From contig JAUNAC010000002.1 of assembly GCA_030527825.1 (NCBI GenBank), positions 256,001 through 320,000 of the forward strand: a stretch of 64,000 nucleotides of DNA. The letters run 5' to 3'. This document shows positions 18,261 through 28,596 of this stretch, in pieces; position 1 is the first letter of the stretch, and every line of letters begins with the position of its first letter. The position numbers and the translations under genes were made by a program. The notes under the pieces are model-generated. The model searched no databases. It was not told where the DNA came from and saw only the letters and a program-made list of their open reading frames with translations. This DNA comes from Lautropia sp. Lineage in GTDB: Bacteria; Pseudomonadota; Gammaproteobacteria; Burkholderiales; Burkholderiaceae_E.

Positions 18261-19415
18261 CTACCCCCCGGTGCCGATGTGGGTGGCAGGAGACAGCGGC
18301 AGGGCATTCTGGGGAGGATGCCCGTCCTTGCCCTTTTTGCGCAGCAGGTGCTGGCTGAGCAGCTTGCGTATGGGTTGTTCATACAGCAGATAGACGGCCG
18401 AGGCGACACCCAGGGTCGCAGCAAATACGATGACCGAGTAGACGGGCAGGCTGCTGCCCAGGGCACCCAGGCGCTTCATAGCCCCCATCACATAGATGTG
18501 GAAGATGTAGATGGGATAGGAGAGTTCACCCAGGAAGTTGACGACGGATTTGCTGCGTGGACTGAAGGCGCGGAAGGATTGTTCGCAGGCGAGTGTCAGG
18601 ATGATGAGCGCTGTGCTGGGCAGGCCGATGACCACGATGCGCAGCCATTTGTCCAGGGCCATCTGTGGGGTGACCAGTCCCGTATCAGGCAGCAGGGCCC
18701 AGGTGTAGAGCGCGAGACCGGCAAGACAGGCTGCTAGCGGCAGATGAATGCGATCGGTGAATCGTGTGACGCCCAGGACCTGCGCGAGTACCATGCCATA
18801 GATGAATTCCACAATGTAGGCATCGCTCCAGAAGGCCAGCGCAGATTCGGTGGCGACATAGGGATGCAGTGATGTCAGCGCGAGCAGCAGCAGGGCGCTG
18901 ATGGCCAGCCGGTGCTGGTGGGAGATCTTCATGGCGATGAAGAACACCAGGTAGAACAGGATCTCGTAGTTGAGCGACCAGCCCAGCGTCAGCAGCGGCA
19001 TGTGGTACTGGACGGTATCGTTCCAGACAGGAATGAAGAACAGGGAAGCCAGCAGCGTGGGCAGGTCGACGCTGGTCTGGTGAAGCAGGCTGGGCGCCTT
19101 GATGGCGACTGCAGCCAGTGCCAGTGTACCCAGCCAGTAGAGGGGAACAATGCGGATGAGCCGGCGCACAAAGAACTGGGGCGCACCGTCACGGGTTACA
19201 TAGTGGATGATGAAGCCGGAGATGACAAAGAAAATGTCTACGCCGCTGCTGCCGAAGGGGCTAAGGCCATATTCGTTACGGATGTGGCTGACCAGAACCA
19301 GGGCGGCGGCAATGAAACGCAGGGCCTGTAGTGAATAGAGTGTTTTGCTGCTGGAGGTTGGCCGTGCAGCCTGGCAGGCAGGGTCGCAGGCAGGTGATGG
19401 CGAGAGACTGTCCAT
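18261..19415 (-). CDS. Acyltransferase family 3 (OafA/YrhL-like membrane O-acyltransferase)
   Basis: Multi-TM protein. N-terminal LQALRFIAAALVLVSHI...GVDIFFVISGFII is the acyl_transf_3 signature. Confidence 0.8.
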   Translation of the reverse strand: MDSLSPSPACDPACQAARPTSSSKTLYSLQALRFIAAALVLVSHIRNEYGLSPFGSSGVDIFFVISGFIIHYVTRDGAPQFFVRRLIRIVPLYWLGTLALAAVAIKAPSLLHQTSVDLPTLLASLFFIPVWNDTVQYHMPLLTLGWSLNYEILFYLVFFIAMKISHQHRLAISALLLLALTSLHPYVATESALAFWSDAYIVEFIYGMVLAQVLGVTRFTDRIHLPLAACLAGLALYTWALLPDTGLVTPQMALDKWLRIVVIGLPSTALIILTLACEQSFRAFSPRSKSVVNFLGELSYPIYIFHIYVMGAMKRLGALGSSLPVYSVIVFAATLGVASAVYLLYEQPIRKLLSQHLLRKKGKDGHPPQNALPLSPATHIGTGG

Positions 19416-19744
19416 GAGTCGGCTCCGGATGGATGCCGAGCATCTTAAGAAAGCGTTGGTTTCATGTCATGGAAGAATTCCCATGTTCTGTGAAAATTTT
19501 CGACATGGACGATGGTTGAAAAGCCGATCAAATGCAGTATTTATCGATTTTCAGCGCATTATTTTTCAGAAAAATCACATAACCTCGTCCAATTTTGTTT
19601 CGTAAACAACGTGTTTTTTCTGAAACCAATTGTGCTTAAGCGTTGTGTGTCGTCATGAAACAACGCTAAAAGAGGGCCTGTGGGCTCTGTTACTTGAGTG
19701 ATCGGCAGCGCTTTTGGGGCCCGGCCAGACAGCCGGGCCTGCGA

Positions 19745-21541
19745 TTACAGAATAACGGCAGAAAAATCGGCCAGGCGCGAGCGTTCGCCACGCTGCAGTG
19801 TGAGGTGGCCGCCGTGTTTCCAGCCCTTGAAGCGTTCCACGACATAGGTCAGGCCGGAAGATGCCTCCGTGAGATAGGGGGTGTCGATCTGGGCGATGTT
19901 GCCCAGGCAGACCACCTTGGTGCCAGGGCCGGCCCGGGTAGCCAGCGTTTTCATCTGTTTGGGGGTCAGGTTCTGGGCCTCGTCGATGATCAGGTATTTG
20001 TTATTGAACGTGCGCCCTCGCATGAAGGACATGGATTTGACGCGAATCCGGGAACGGATGAGATCTGCAGCGGCCGTCCGGCCCCATTCACCGCCGGCGC
20101 TGCCCCGGTTGAGGACTTCCAGGTTGTCTTCCAGTGCGCCCATCCATGGCTGCATCTTTTCCTCTTCGGTGCCGGGCAGGTAGCCGATGTCGTCACCGAC
20201 CGGTACGGTGGCCCGCGTCATGATGATTTCGGAAAAGCGTTTCTGATCCAGTGTCTGAGCCAGACCGGCGGTGAGGGCAAGCAGGGTCTTGCCCGTACCG
20301 GCCTGGCCCAGCAGGGTGACAAAATCAATGTCGGGATCCAGCAGCAGGTTGAGCGCGAAATTCTGTTCGAGGTTGCGGGCTGTGATCCCCCAGATGGCAT
20401 GGCGGGTCTGGGTATAGTCGCGGACTACCCGCAGAACGGCCTGATCGCCGCTGACTTCACGCACCTGGGCATGGAGTGGCGTGTCGCCGTCCAGATGGAC
20501 AAACTGGTTGACCAGCATGGAGGCCACCAGCGGGCCGCGGATGCGATAGTAGTGCACGCCGCTGTCCTGCCAGGACTCCAGCCCCTGGCCATGGCTCTGC
20601 CAGAAGTCGTCGGGCAGGGCGAGTGAGCCACTGTAGAGCAGATCCAGGTCATCGGTGACCTGGTCGTTGAAATAGTCTTCGGAAAGCAGGCCCAGCGAAC
20701 GGGCCTTGATGCGCATGTTGATGTCCTTGGACACCAGGATGACCTGCTGTCCGGGGCGCTCCTGCTGCAGTGCGGCGGTGACGGCAAGGATGCGGTTGTC
20801 GGCCTTGCCCGGGGGCAGGCTCTCGGGCAGGCTGGTCTCCAGGATGCGGGTCTGCAGGAATAGCCGGCCGGTGGCGTCCGGACTGCCGCCGGCCAGCGCG
20901 ATGCCCTGAGCGATGCTGCCATCAATACCAGCCAGCAGTGCATCAAGGCTGCGGCTGACCTGTCGGGCATGGCGGGAGACTTCGCTCATGCCGCGCTTGT
21001 GATCATCCAGTTCTTCCAGGGTGATCATGGGCAGGAACACATCATGTTCCTTGAAGCGAAAGAGCGCGGTGGGGTCGTGCATCAGCACGTTGGTGTCGAG
21101 GACGAACAGCTTGTGACTCTCCAGGCTGGACGTCTGGTGGCGGCTGTCCCGGCGTGCTGGGCTGGCGGGCCGAGGAGACTGCTGGTAGTGGTCTGGCGGT
21201 GTGTCCTGCGGGATCAGGTTCTCCTGTGGGGCACTGAGCAGGGCAGCAGTCTGAGCGCCGCCCGCAGGGATGCCGGGACGCGGGGTCGCGCCCGGCAGAC
21301 TGCCGGATGATGGCGCTGCCGCTGCCGGCGTGGTGGCCTGGGGCGGGACGGGAGGAGATGCCGTCGTGACCTGGGGGGACGGGTTAGGCACGGCAGCGGC
21401 AGCGAGGGCAGGGTCGATACCGGTGCCAGCCGCAGATGGGCGTTTGCGGCGGCGGCTGGCTGGCAGGCGAGCCTTGTCCCTGGCAGCGGTTTTGATGTCG
21501 AGACGTTCGCCGCGGGTGCTGGGGGGCTTGGGTAGGGGCAT
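19745..21541 (-). CDS. PhoH2-type protein: PIN-domain RNase fused to PhoH-like ATPase, with long Pro/Ala-rich N-terminal extension
   Basis: PIN block LFVLDTNVLMHD...ITLEELD. PhoH Walker A (GQAGTGKT). About 140 aa of low-complexity P/A/S-rich sequence precede the PIN domain. Confidence 0.85.
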   Translation of the reverse strand: MPLPKPPSTRGERLDIKTAARDKARLPASRRRKRPSAAGTGIDPALAAAAVPNPSPQVTTASPPVPPQATTPAAAAPSSGSLPGATPRPGIPAGGAQTAALLSAPQENLIPQDTPPDHYQQSPRPASPARRDSRHQTSSLESHKLFVLDTNVLMHDPTALFRFKEHDVFLPMITLEELDDHKRGMSEVSRHARQVSRSLDALLAGIDGSIAQGIALAGGSPDATGRLFLQTRILETSLPESLPPGKADNRILAVTAALQQERPGQQVILVSKDINMRIKARSLGLLSEDYFNDQVTDDLDLLYSGSLALPDDFWQSHGQGLESWQDSGVHYYRIRGPLVASMLVNQFVHLDGDTPLHAQVREVSGDQAVLRVVRDYTQTRHAIWGITARNLEQNFALNLLLDPDIDFVTLLGQAGTGKTLLALTAGLAQTLDQKRFSEIIMTRATVPVGDDIGYLPGTEEEKMQPWMGALEDNLEVLNRGSAGGEWGRTAAADLIRSRIRVKSMSFMRGRTFNNKYLIIDEAQNLTPKQMKTLATRAGPGTKVVCLGNIAQIDTPYLTEASSGLTYVVERFKGWKHGGHLTLQRGERSRLADFSAVIL

Positions 21542-21562
21542 GGTGCGTCGGTGTCGGGGGGC

Positions 21563-22066
21563 TCAGGAGGCTGGCCGGGCAGCGCTGCGCACAGCATCCA
21601 GAACGGCGGCGGTGTGACCAGGAACCTTGACTTTGCGCCATGCCTGCAGCAGCACACCATCGCGGCCGATGAGAAAAGTTGAACGTTCGATGCCACGTAC
21701 CTGGCGACCGTACATGTTTTTCATCCGGATCACGCCAAAGCGTGTACAGAGGATTTCGTCCGGATCACTGACCAGAACGAAGGGCAGGTCGAATTTTTGA
21801 TGGAATAGCTGGTGGCTGTGCAGGCTGTCGCGCGAGACGCCAAGGACCTCGGCTCCGGCATCCCGGAATGCCTGCCAGTGTTCGGCAAAGTCGGCAGCTT
21901 CATTGCTGCAGCCCGGGGTATTGTCCTTGGGATAGAAGTACAGGACGAGCAGGCGCCCACGCAGATCGCTGAGGCGCATCGGCCCGCCAGTGGTTTCCAG
22001 GGGGATGTCAGGGACGGTCTGGCCGGTCTGTAGGGGGGCAGATGCAGGGCTGGGGGAAGATTCCAT
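21563..22066 (-). CDS. bcp: Thioredoxin-dependent peroxiredoxin Bcp
   Basis: LVLYFYPKDNTPGC peroxidatic-Cys motif. About 168 aa from ATG 22066. The ORF-track extension has no start-codon support. Confidence 0.85.
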   Translation of the reverse strand: MESSPSPASAPLQTGQTVPDIPLETTGGPMRLSDLRGRLLVLYFYPKDNTPGCSNEAADFAEHWQAFRDAGAEVLGVSRDSLHSHQLFHQKFDLPFVLVSDPDEILCTRFGVIRMKNMYGRQVRGIERSTFLIGRDGVLLQAWRKVKVPGHTAAVLDAVRSAARPAS

Positions 22067-22122
22067 GGAGTGCTCGGGATGGGCGTTCAGGGCGGACGTT
22101 GATGGGAGCAGGGCCAGAAGAA

Positions 22123-22497
22123 TCAGGGCGCTGCCACGAGTGCGGCCAGTACCTGACGTCCTTCGGCCATGAGGATGTTGTAGGTACGGCACGCTGCCAC
22201 CGTGTCCATGGCCTCGATTCCGATGCCTGCCTGCAACAGTGGACGGGTCAGTGTCGGGGACGGGAACTGCAGTTGGGCACCCGTGCCCAGCAGGATGATC
22301 TCTGGTCGCGGTTCCGTGAGGGACTGCAGATCCGGTGCAGTGAGCGAGTCCAGGCCCGCGACCGGCCAGGCGCTGACGGGCCCGTGGGGGCGGATCAGCA
22401 GCGGGCCGCAATGGCGGACCCCGTTGACTTCCACCCAGCCAGTGCCGTAGGCGGTGATGGCGTTAAGGTCATCGTGACTGTCAGGATGCAGTTTCAT
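22123..22497 (-). CDS. Mth938-like domain protein (DUF498)
   Basis: IILLGTGAQLQFP...AGIGIEAMDTVAACRTYNIL is the Mth938-like signature. Start at MKLHPD (ATG 22497) matches family length. Confidence 0.8.
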   Translation of the reverse strand: MKLHPDSHDDLNAITAYGTGWVEVNGVRHCGPLLIRPHGPVSAWPVAGLDSLTAPDLQSLTEPRPEIILLGTGAQLQFPSPTLTRPLLQAGIGIEAMDTVAACRTYNILMAEGRQVLAALVAAP

Positions 22498-22625
22498 GAA
22501 GGCGTAGAAATAATGGCCAGTCCCGCGGACAAGGATGTTGCAGGTGCGGGAAAGGTCGCAGCCGGTGTACATTATGCGGTCATCCAACCTCATGGTACCG
22601 CCCTTTTCCGGTGCCTGCAGCCATC

Positions 22626-23858
22626 ATGAAGAGCATTCACAAGTCCGCAAAGCTGGCCAATGTCTGCTATGACATCCGGGGACCCGTGCTCCAGCGTGCC
22701 CGGCAAATGGAGGAGGACGGCCAGCGCATCATCAAGCTCAACATCGGCAACATGGCGCCTTTTGGCTTTGACGCTCCTGATGAGGTGCGTCAGGACATCA
22801 TGGCCAACCTGGCTGATGCGTCGGGCTATTCGGATTCCAAGGGGCTTTTTTCGGCGCGCAAGGCCGTGATGCACTACTCGCAGATCAAGGGCATCTGCGG
22901 AGTGGGCATCGACGACATCTACATTGGTAACGGGGTAAGTGAGCTGATTGTGATGTCGCTCAACGCGCTGCTGGACGCGGGCGATGAAGTCCTGGTGCCT
23001 ACGCCTGACTATCCGCTGTGGACGGCGGCTGTGAGTCTGTCCGGAGGGACAGCCGTCCATTATATGTGTGATGAAGAGGCGGGCTGGTTGCCGGATCTGG
23101 ATGATATCCGGGCCAGGGTCACGCCCAGTACCCGGGCTATTGTCGTCATCAATCCCAACAATCCAACGGGTGCGCTGTATCCGGACGATCTGCTCAGAGA
23201 GATTCTGGAGGTCGCGCGCCAGCATGATCTCATTGTTTTTGCTGACGAAATCTATGACAAGATTTTGTACGATGGTGCGACGCATACGTCCATCGCTTCA
23301 CTGGCCGATGACGTGCTGTGCATCACCATGAATGGTCTTTCCAAGAACTACCGCGCCTGTGGGTATCGTGCGGGCTGGATGATTATCTCGGGAGACAAAC
23401 GTGGTGCGGCCGATTATCTGGAAGGGCTCAACATGCTGGCGTCGATGCGGTTATGCGCCAATGTACCTGGCCAGCTGGGCATACAGACCGCGCTGGGGGG
23501 GTTCCAGAGTATTCAGTCACTGGTGCAGCCAGGCGGCCGGCTGGCACGGCAGCGTGACCTGGCCTGGGACATGATGACCAGTATCCCGGGGGTGAGCTGT
23601 TACAAGCCCAAGGCCGCGCTGTATCTGTTCCCGAAGCTGGATGCCAGGCTCTATCCCATCGAGGATGACCAGCGATTTATCCTGCAGCTGCTGGAGCGTG
23701 AACGCGTGCTGCTGGTGCAGGGAAGCGGCTTCAACTGGCCAGCCCATGACCATTTCCGGATGGTGTTTTTGCCTAACTCGGATGATCTGACCGAAGCATG
23801 CCGGCGGATTGGCAGTTTTCTGGGCGACTATCGCTCAAGGTATGGCCGGGCAGATTGA
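22626..23858 (+). CDS. alaA: Glutamate-pyruvate aminotransferase (AlaA/AlaC family, class I PLP aminotransferase)
   Basis: Near-collinear with E. coli AlaA from MKSIHKSAKLANVCYDIRGP through NPNNPTGA, SKNYR and LASMRLCANVPGQ. Confidence 0.85.
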   Translation: MKSIHKSAKLANVCYDIRGPVLQRARQMEEDGQRIIKLNIGNMAPFGFDAPDEVRQDIMANLADASGYSDSKGLFSARKAVMHYSQIKGICGVGIDDIYIGNGVSELIVMSLNALLDAGDEVLVPTPDYPLWTAAVSLSGGTAVHYMCDEEAGWLPDLDDIRARVTPSTRAIVVINPNNPTGALYPDDLLREILEVARQHDLIVFADEIYDKILYDGATHTSIASLADDVLCITMNGLSKNYRACGYRAGWMIISGDKRGAADYLEGLNMLASMRLCANVPGQLGIQTALGGFQSIQSLVQPGGRLARQRDLAWDMMTSIPGVSCYKPKAALYLFPKLDARLYPIEDDQRFILQLLERERVLLVQGSGFNWPAHDHFRMVFLPNSDDLTEACRRIGSFLGDYRSRYGRAD

Positions 23859-23919
23859 GACAGCGGCGGGCCAGGTCTGGTGAGACCTGTCACGCAAGAA
23901 TCAGGAGTTTTTCCAGCGT

Positions 23920-25230
23920 ATGAAAGTGATCAAGATCGGACTGCTCGGACTGGGAACAGTAGGCAGTGGTGTATTCGAGGTGCTGCGCAACAATGCGGCC
24001 GATATTAGCCGGCGGGTTGGATGCCGGATCCAGGTCGGTCGTGTGGTAGTGCGTGACCCGGCGCCGGCCCGGGCCGTCGTCGGCCCCGATATTCCCGTGG
24101 GTCAGGATCCGTTCGAGATCATCAATGATCCGGATATTGATGTGCTCGTGGAGGTTATGGGGGGTACCACGATTGCCCGGGATGTCGTACTGGCTGCCAT
24201 CGGCAGGGGCAAGCATGTTGTGACGGCCAACAAGGCACTGCTTGCGGTACATGGCAACGAGATTTTTGAACGGGCCCAGGCTGCGGGCGTGATGGTGGCA
24301 TTCGAGGCGGCGGTGGCGGGGGGCATCCCGATCGTCAAGGCGCTGCGTGAGGGGCTGTCCGCCAACCGCGTGACGATGGTAGCGGGCATCATCAACGGCA
24401 CCACCAATTTCATCCTGTCCGAAATGCGCGACCGGGGGCTGACCTTTGATGCGGCGTTGGCCGATGCGCAGCGTCTGGGCTATGCCGAGGCCGATCCCAC
24501 GTTTGACATTGAGGGGGTCGATGCGGCCCACAAGGTGACCTTGCTCGCCTCGATCGCTTTCGGCGTGCCAGTGCAGTTCGAGGGGGCCTACATCGAGGGC
24601 ATCAGCCGGCTCGCGGCGGAGGATTTCGCTTACGCCGACCGGCTGGGCTATCGCATCAAGCTGCTGGGCATTGCCCGTCATCGCGCCGAGGGCATTGAGC
24701 TGCGCGTGCATCCCACGCTGATCCCGGCGCACCGCCTGCTGGCCAATGTCGAGGGGGCCATGAACGCGGTCTGGGTCAAGGGAGACGCTGTCGGCGAGAC
24801 ACTGTACTATGGCCCGGGCGCTGGCAAGTTGCCGACCGCCAGTGCAGTAGTGGCTGACCTGGTAGATGTAGTCCGTCAGATGGATGTGGCACCCCAGAAC
24901 CGCGTGCCTTATCTGGCTTTCCGTCAGGATCAGCTGCAGCAGGTACCGGTGCTGCCCGCCAGCGAGATGGAGACGGCCTACTATCTGCGCATCCAGGTGG
25001 TTGACGAGCCGGGGGTACTGGCCGACATCACCCGCATCATGGCCGACGAAGGTGTCTCCATCGACGCCATGTTGCAGCGCCAGCCGGATGAGGGTGAGCA
25101 GACAACCGATATCATTCTGATGACCCACCGGACAGTCGAGCGATGCATCGACGCAGCCATCGCACGCATCGAGGCACTGCCGTCGGTGCAGGCGGCGCCG
25201 GTGCGGCTGCGGGTTGAAGCGCTCGACTGA
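23920..25230 (+). CDS. hom: Homoserine dehydrogenase
   Basis: N-terminal GLLGLGTVGSGV NAD-binding. Catalytic domain. C-terminal ACT domain. 436 aa. Confidence 0.93.
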   Translation: MKVIKIGLLGLGTVGSGVFEVLRNNAADISRRVGCRIQVGRVVVRDPAPARAVVGPDIPVGQDPFEIINDPDIDVLVEVMGGTTIARDVVLAAIGRGKHVVTANKALLAVHGNEIFERAQAAGVMVAFEAAVAGGIPIVKALREGLSANRVTMVAGIINGTTNFILSEMRDRGLTFDAALADAQRLGYAEADPTFDIEGVDAAHKVTLLASIAFGVPVQFEGAYIEGISRLAAEDFAYADRLGYRIKLLGIARHRAEGIELRVHPTLIPAHRLLANVEGAMNAVWVKGDAVGETLYYGPGAGKLPTASAVVADLVDVVRQMDVAPQNRVPYLAFRQDQLQQVPVLPASEMETAYYLRIQVVDEPGVLADITRIMADEGVSIDAMLQRQPDEGEQTTDIILMTHRTVERCIDAAIARIEALPSVQAAPVRLRVEALD

Positions 25231-25297
25231 TGGTTATGGTCTGGGCCAGGCCGGATCGGCTGTCCTGAAGCCGACCAATTCTTTCATTCTGACGATC

Positions 25298-26743
25298 ATG
25301 CAATATCTGTCCACCCGGGGCGGCATGCCCCCGCAGCGCTTCAGTGAGATCCTGCTAGGCGGCCTGGCCCCCGATGGCGGGCTGGTCATGCCGGCCAGCA
25401 TTCCGCAGGTCGACGCCGATACGTTGCAGTCGTGGCGCAGCCTGTCCTATGCCCAGCTGGCCTTTGAGGTGCTGCGCCGCTACTGTGACGACATTCCCGA
25501 AGATGATCTGCGGCGTCTGGTGGAGGATACCTATACCCCGGAAATCTTTGGCACCCGGGCCATCACGCCTCTGACGGAGCTGGAGGCGGCCAGTGCCGAG
25601 CGCGGTGCATTGTTGATTGAGCATCTTTCCAATGGCCCGACGCTGGCTTTCAAGGACATGGCCATGCAGCTGCTGGGGCGGCTCTTCGAGTACACGTTAC
25701 TCCGCCAGGATCGTTGGCTCAACATCATCGGGGCCACGTCCGGAGATACGGGCAGTGCCGCCGAATACGCCATGCGCGGCCGGCAGCGACTGCGTGTCTT
25801 CATGCTGTCACCTGCCGGGCGGATGAGTGCCTTCCAGCGTGCCCAGATGTACAGCCTGATGGATGAGAACATCTACAACATTGCCATCGACGGGGTATTC
25901 GACGACTGTCAGGATCTCGTCAAGGCGCTCTCCGCCGATCTGGGCTTCAAGACACGTCATCACATCGGCAGCGTCAACTCCATCAACTGGGCCCGTGTCG
26001 TGGCCCAGGTGGTTTATTACTTCCGGGGCTATCTGCAGGCCACCGCCGCCAGCCCGCTCGACGTCAACGGCCGGCCTGCGCTGGTTTCCTTTGCTGTGCC
26101 CAGTGGTAACTTCGGTAACGTACTGGCCGGCCACATCGCCCGGCGTATGGGCTTGCCCATCCGGCGCCTGGTCGTGGCGACCAACGAGAACGACGTACTG
26201 GACGAATTTTTCCGCACCGGCCGCTACCGGGTGCGCCGTGCGCGCGAGACACAGGCGACTTCCAGCCCGTCGATGGACATTTCCAAGGCATCCAATTTCG
26301 AGCGCTTTGTCTTTGACCTGCTGGAGGGTGATGGCGAGCGTGTCCGGGCACTATGGCAGCGGCTGGGCCAGGATGGCGAATTCGATCTGGCCGGTACCGA
26401 CGCTTTCGCTCGTGCAGCCCGGTGGGGCTTTGTGTCAGGCCGAAGTACCCATGCGGACCGGATGCATACTATCCGCCGGTGGCATGAGGAGCGTGGCGTG
26501 CTGGTGGATACGCATACCGCCGATGGGCTGAAAGTTGCCCAGCCGTACCGCGAACCTGGTGTGCCGATGATTTGCCTGGAGACGGCATTGCCGGCCAAGT
26601 TTGCCGACAGCATCGTCGAAGCCACCGGTATCCGGCCGCCCGTACCCGAGTCGATGCTTGACCTGCCGTATCGGGTGCAGCGCTATGTGTCCATGCCCGC
26701 CGATGCCGCCCAGCTCAGGGCCTACGTGGCGGCCCGAACCTGA
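25298..26743 (+). CDS. thrC: Threonine synthase
   Basis: MQYLSTRGG... N-terminus. PLP-lysine region FKDMAMQ. ~481 aa long-form ThrC. Start at ATG 25298. Confidence 0.9.
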   Translation: MQYLSTRGGMPPQRFSEILLGGLAPDGGLVMPASIPQVDADTLQSWRSLSYAQLAFEVLRRYCDDIPEDDLRRLVEDTYTPEIFGTRAITPLTELEAASAERGALLIEHLSNGPTLAFKDMAMQLLGRLFEYTLLRQDRWLNIIGATSGDTGSAAEYAMRGRQRLRVFMLSPAGRMSAFQRAQMYSLMDENIYNIAIDGVFDDCQDLVKALSADLGFKTRHHIGSVNSINWARVVAQVVYYFRGYLQATAASPLDVNGRPALVSFAVPSGNFGNVLAGHIARRMGLPIRRLVVATNENDVLDEFFRTGRYRVRRARETQATSSPSMDISKASNFERFVFDLLEGDGERVRALWQRLGQDGEFDLAGTDAFARAARWGFVSGRSTHADRMHTIRRWHEERGVLVDTHTADGLKVAQPYREPGVPMICLETALPAKFADSIVEATGIRPPVPESMLDLPYRVQRYVSMPADAAQLRAYVAART

Positions 26744-27252
26744 TGGTGCGGCGACATCGTCTGGTCATGGGTTTTGCTGGCTACTCGGGAGCCGGCAAGA
26801 CCACGCTGATCGAGCAGGTCATTCCCCGCCTGATGGCGGCCGGTTGCCGTGTTTCGGTCATCAAGCATGCACATCATCGGGTTGACGTCGATACGCCGGG
26901 CAAGGACTCCTGGCGCCATCGTCAGGCCGGGGCCACCGAGGTGCTGCTCGCTACCGATCAGCGCTGGGTGCTGATGCACGAACTGCGCGGTGAACCCGAA
27001 CCGGGACTGGATGCGCAGCTTGCCCTCATGGCGCCTTGCGATGTGGTGTTGGTCGAGGGGTTCAAGCATGCCCCGATTCCCAAAGTCGAGGTTTACCGGC
27101 CCGCCGTAGGCAAGCCGCCGCTGTACCCGGATGATCCGGAGATCGTGGCCGTGGCCACCGATGGCCCGTTGGACATCGCCCTGCCTGTGCTTGATCTGAA
27201 TGATCCGGGCGCCGTGACATCTTTTATCCTGGCACGACTTGATGGACAATAG
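26743..27252 (+). CDS. mobB: Molybdopterin-guanine dinucleotide biosynthesis adaptor MobB
   Basis: GFAGYSGAGKTTLIEQVI P-loop. VIKHAHH motif. Start overlaps thrC stop (TGATG). Confidence 0.85.
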   Translation: MVRRHRLVMGFAGYSGAGKTTLIEQVIPRLMAAGCRVSVIKHAHHRVDVDTPGKDSWRHRQAGATEVLLATDQRWVLMHELRGEPEPGLDAQLALMAPCDVVLVEGFKHAPIPKVEVYRPAVGKPPLYPDDPEIVAVATDGPLDIALPVLDLNDPGAVTSFILARLDGQ

Positions 27253-27256
27253 GCCC

Positions 27257-28591
27257 ATGCCTGCATTGCTTGCCGTTGAAGATGCCTTGGCCCGCCTGCT
27301 GGCCAGTGCGCATGTCCTGCCCGCGACGGAGTGTATCGACACCATGACCGCAGATGGTCGTGTGCTGGCCGAGACCCTGCTGTCCTCCCTGGACGTGCCG
27401 CCCTGGGATAATGCCCAGATGGATGGCTATGCCGTTCGCGTTGCCGAGCTGCAGGCCGAGCCGGGGCGGGTGTTTCCTGTTTCACAGCGGATTCCGGCCG
27501 GACATCAGGGGCAGCCGCTGCAGCCCGGCACCGTCGCACGCATATTCACCGGGGCGGCCCTGCCGCCCGGGGCAGATGCCGTGGTGATGCAGGAAGATGC
27601 CGAGGTGTTGCCAGGCCAGGTGGATATCCCGGCACGGCCTGCCGGGCCAGACCATAATCCACAGTGGTTGCCGGACAGGGCGGATCAGGTGCGGGGGGCA
27701 GGGGTGCGCTTTCGGGGGCAACCTGTCGCAGGTGCCTGGGTGCGACGGCGCGCCGAAGACATTGCATCCGGTGGCACCGTGCTGTCGGCTGGCACCCGCC
27801 TGGTGCCGCAGGCGCTTGGTCTGGCTGCTTCCGTTGGCGCTGCCACGTTGCGGGTACGTGCCCGTCCCCGGGTGGCCTGTTTCTTCACGGGAGACGAGCT
27901 GGTGATGCCGGGGCAGCCGCTGCCAGCCGGCGGCATCTACAACTCCAACCGCTTCGTGCTCAATGCGCTGCTGCGTCGCCTGGGCTGCGAGGTCATGGAC
28001 CTTGGGATTGTCCCTGATTCACGGGATGCCACCCGTCAGGCCCTGCGTCAGGCGGCCCGGTCAGCAGACCTGATTGTCAGCGCCGGTGGTGTTTCCGTCG
28101 GTGAGGAGGATCATGTCCGTCCAGCGGTTGAGGCCGAAGGAGTGATCGATCTGTGGCGGGTCGCCATGAAACCAGGTCGGCCGCTGGCCTATGGACGGGT
28201 CGGACGGGATGATCCGGTGGACGCCCGGGCCGGGGTTCCGGGCAGTTTTGCGCATTTTATCGGATTGCCTGGTAACCCGGTTTCGGCTTTGGTGGCCTGT
28301 CTGGTGTTTGTGCGGCCCTTCCTGCTGCGTCTGCAGGGGGTTCAGGCGGTCGAGCCTCTGGTCATGACCATGACGAGCGATTTTGACTGGACGGCGCCCG
28401 ACCATCGTCGCGAGTTCCTGCGGGTGGTGTTGCAACCTGGCGGCGAGCGTCTGGGGCTCTTCTGCCGGCAGGGCTCGGCGGTGCTCACTTCGGTCGTCGA
28501 AGGTGATGGCCTGATCGACAATCCGCCTGGCCAGGTTATTCGCCGGGGCGATGCCGTGCGTTTTCTGCCCTTTGCGGGGCTGCTGGGTTAA
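27257..28591 (+). CDS. moeA: Molybdopterin molybdenumtransferase MoeA
   Basis: MoeA/gephyrin-E architecture. Conserved GGVSVGEED motif. Confidence 0.9.
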   Translation: MPALLAVEDALARLLASAHVLPATECIDTMTADGRVLAETLLSSLDVPPWDNAQMDGYAVRVAELQAEPGRVFPVSQRIPAGHQGQPLQPGTVARIFTGAALPPGADAVVMQEDAEVLPGQVDIPARPAGPDHNPQWLPDRADQVRGAGVRFRGQPVAGAWVRRRAEDIASGGTVLSAGTRLVPQALGLAASVGAATLRVRARPRVACFFTGDELVMPGQPLPAGGIYNSNRFVLNALLRRLGCEVMDLGIVPDSRDATRQALRQAARSADLIVSAGGVSVGEEDHVRPAVEAEGVIDLWRVAMKPGRPLAYGRVGRDDPVDARAGVPGSFAHFIGLPGNPVSALVACLVFVRPFLLRLQGVQAVEPLVMTMTSDFDWTAPDHRREFLRVVLQPGGERLGLFCRQGSAVLTSVVEGDGLIDNPPGQVIRRGDAVRFLPFAGLLG

Positions 28592-28596
28592 TTCCT

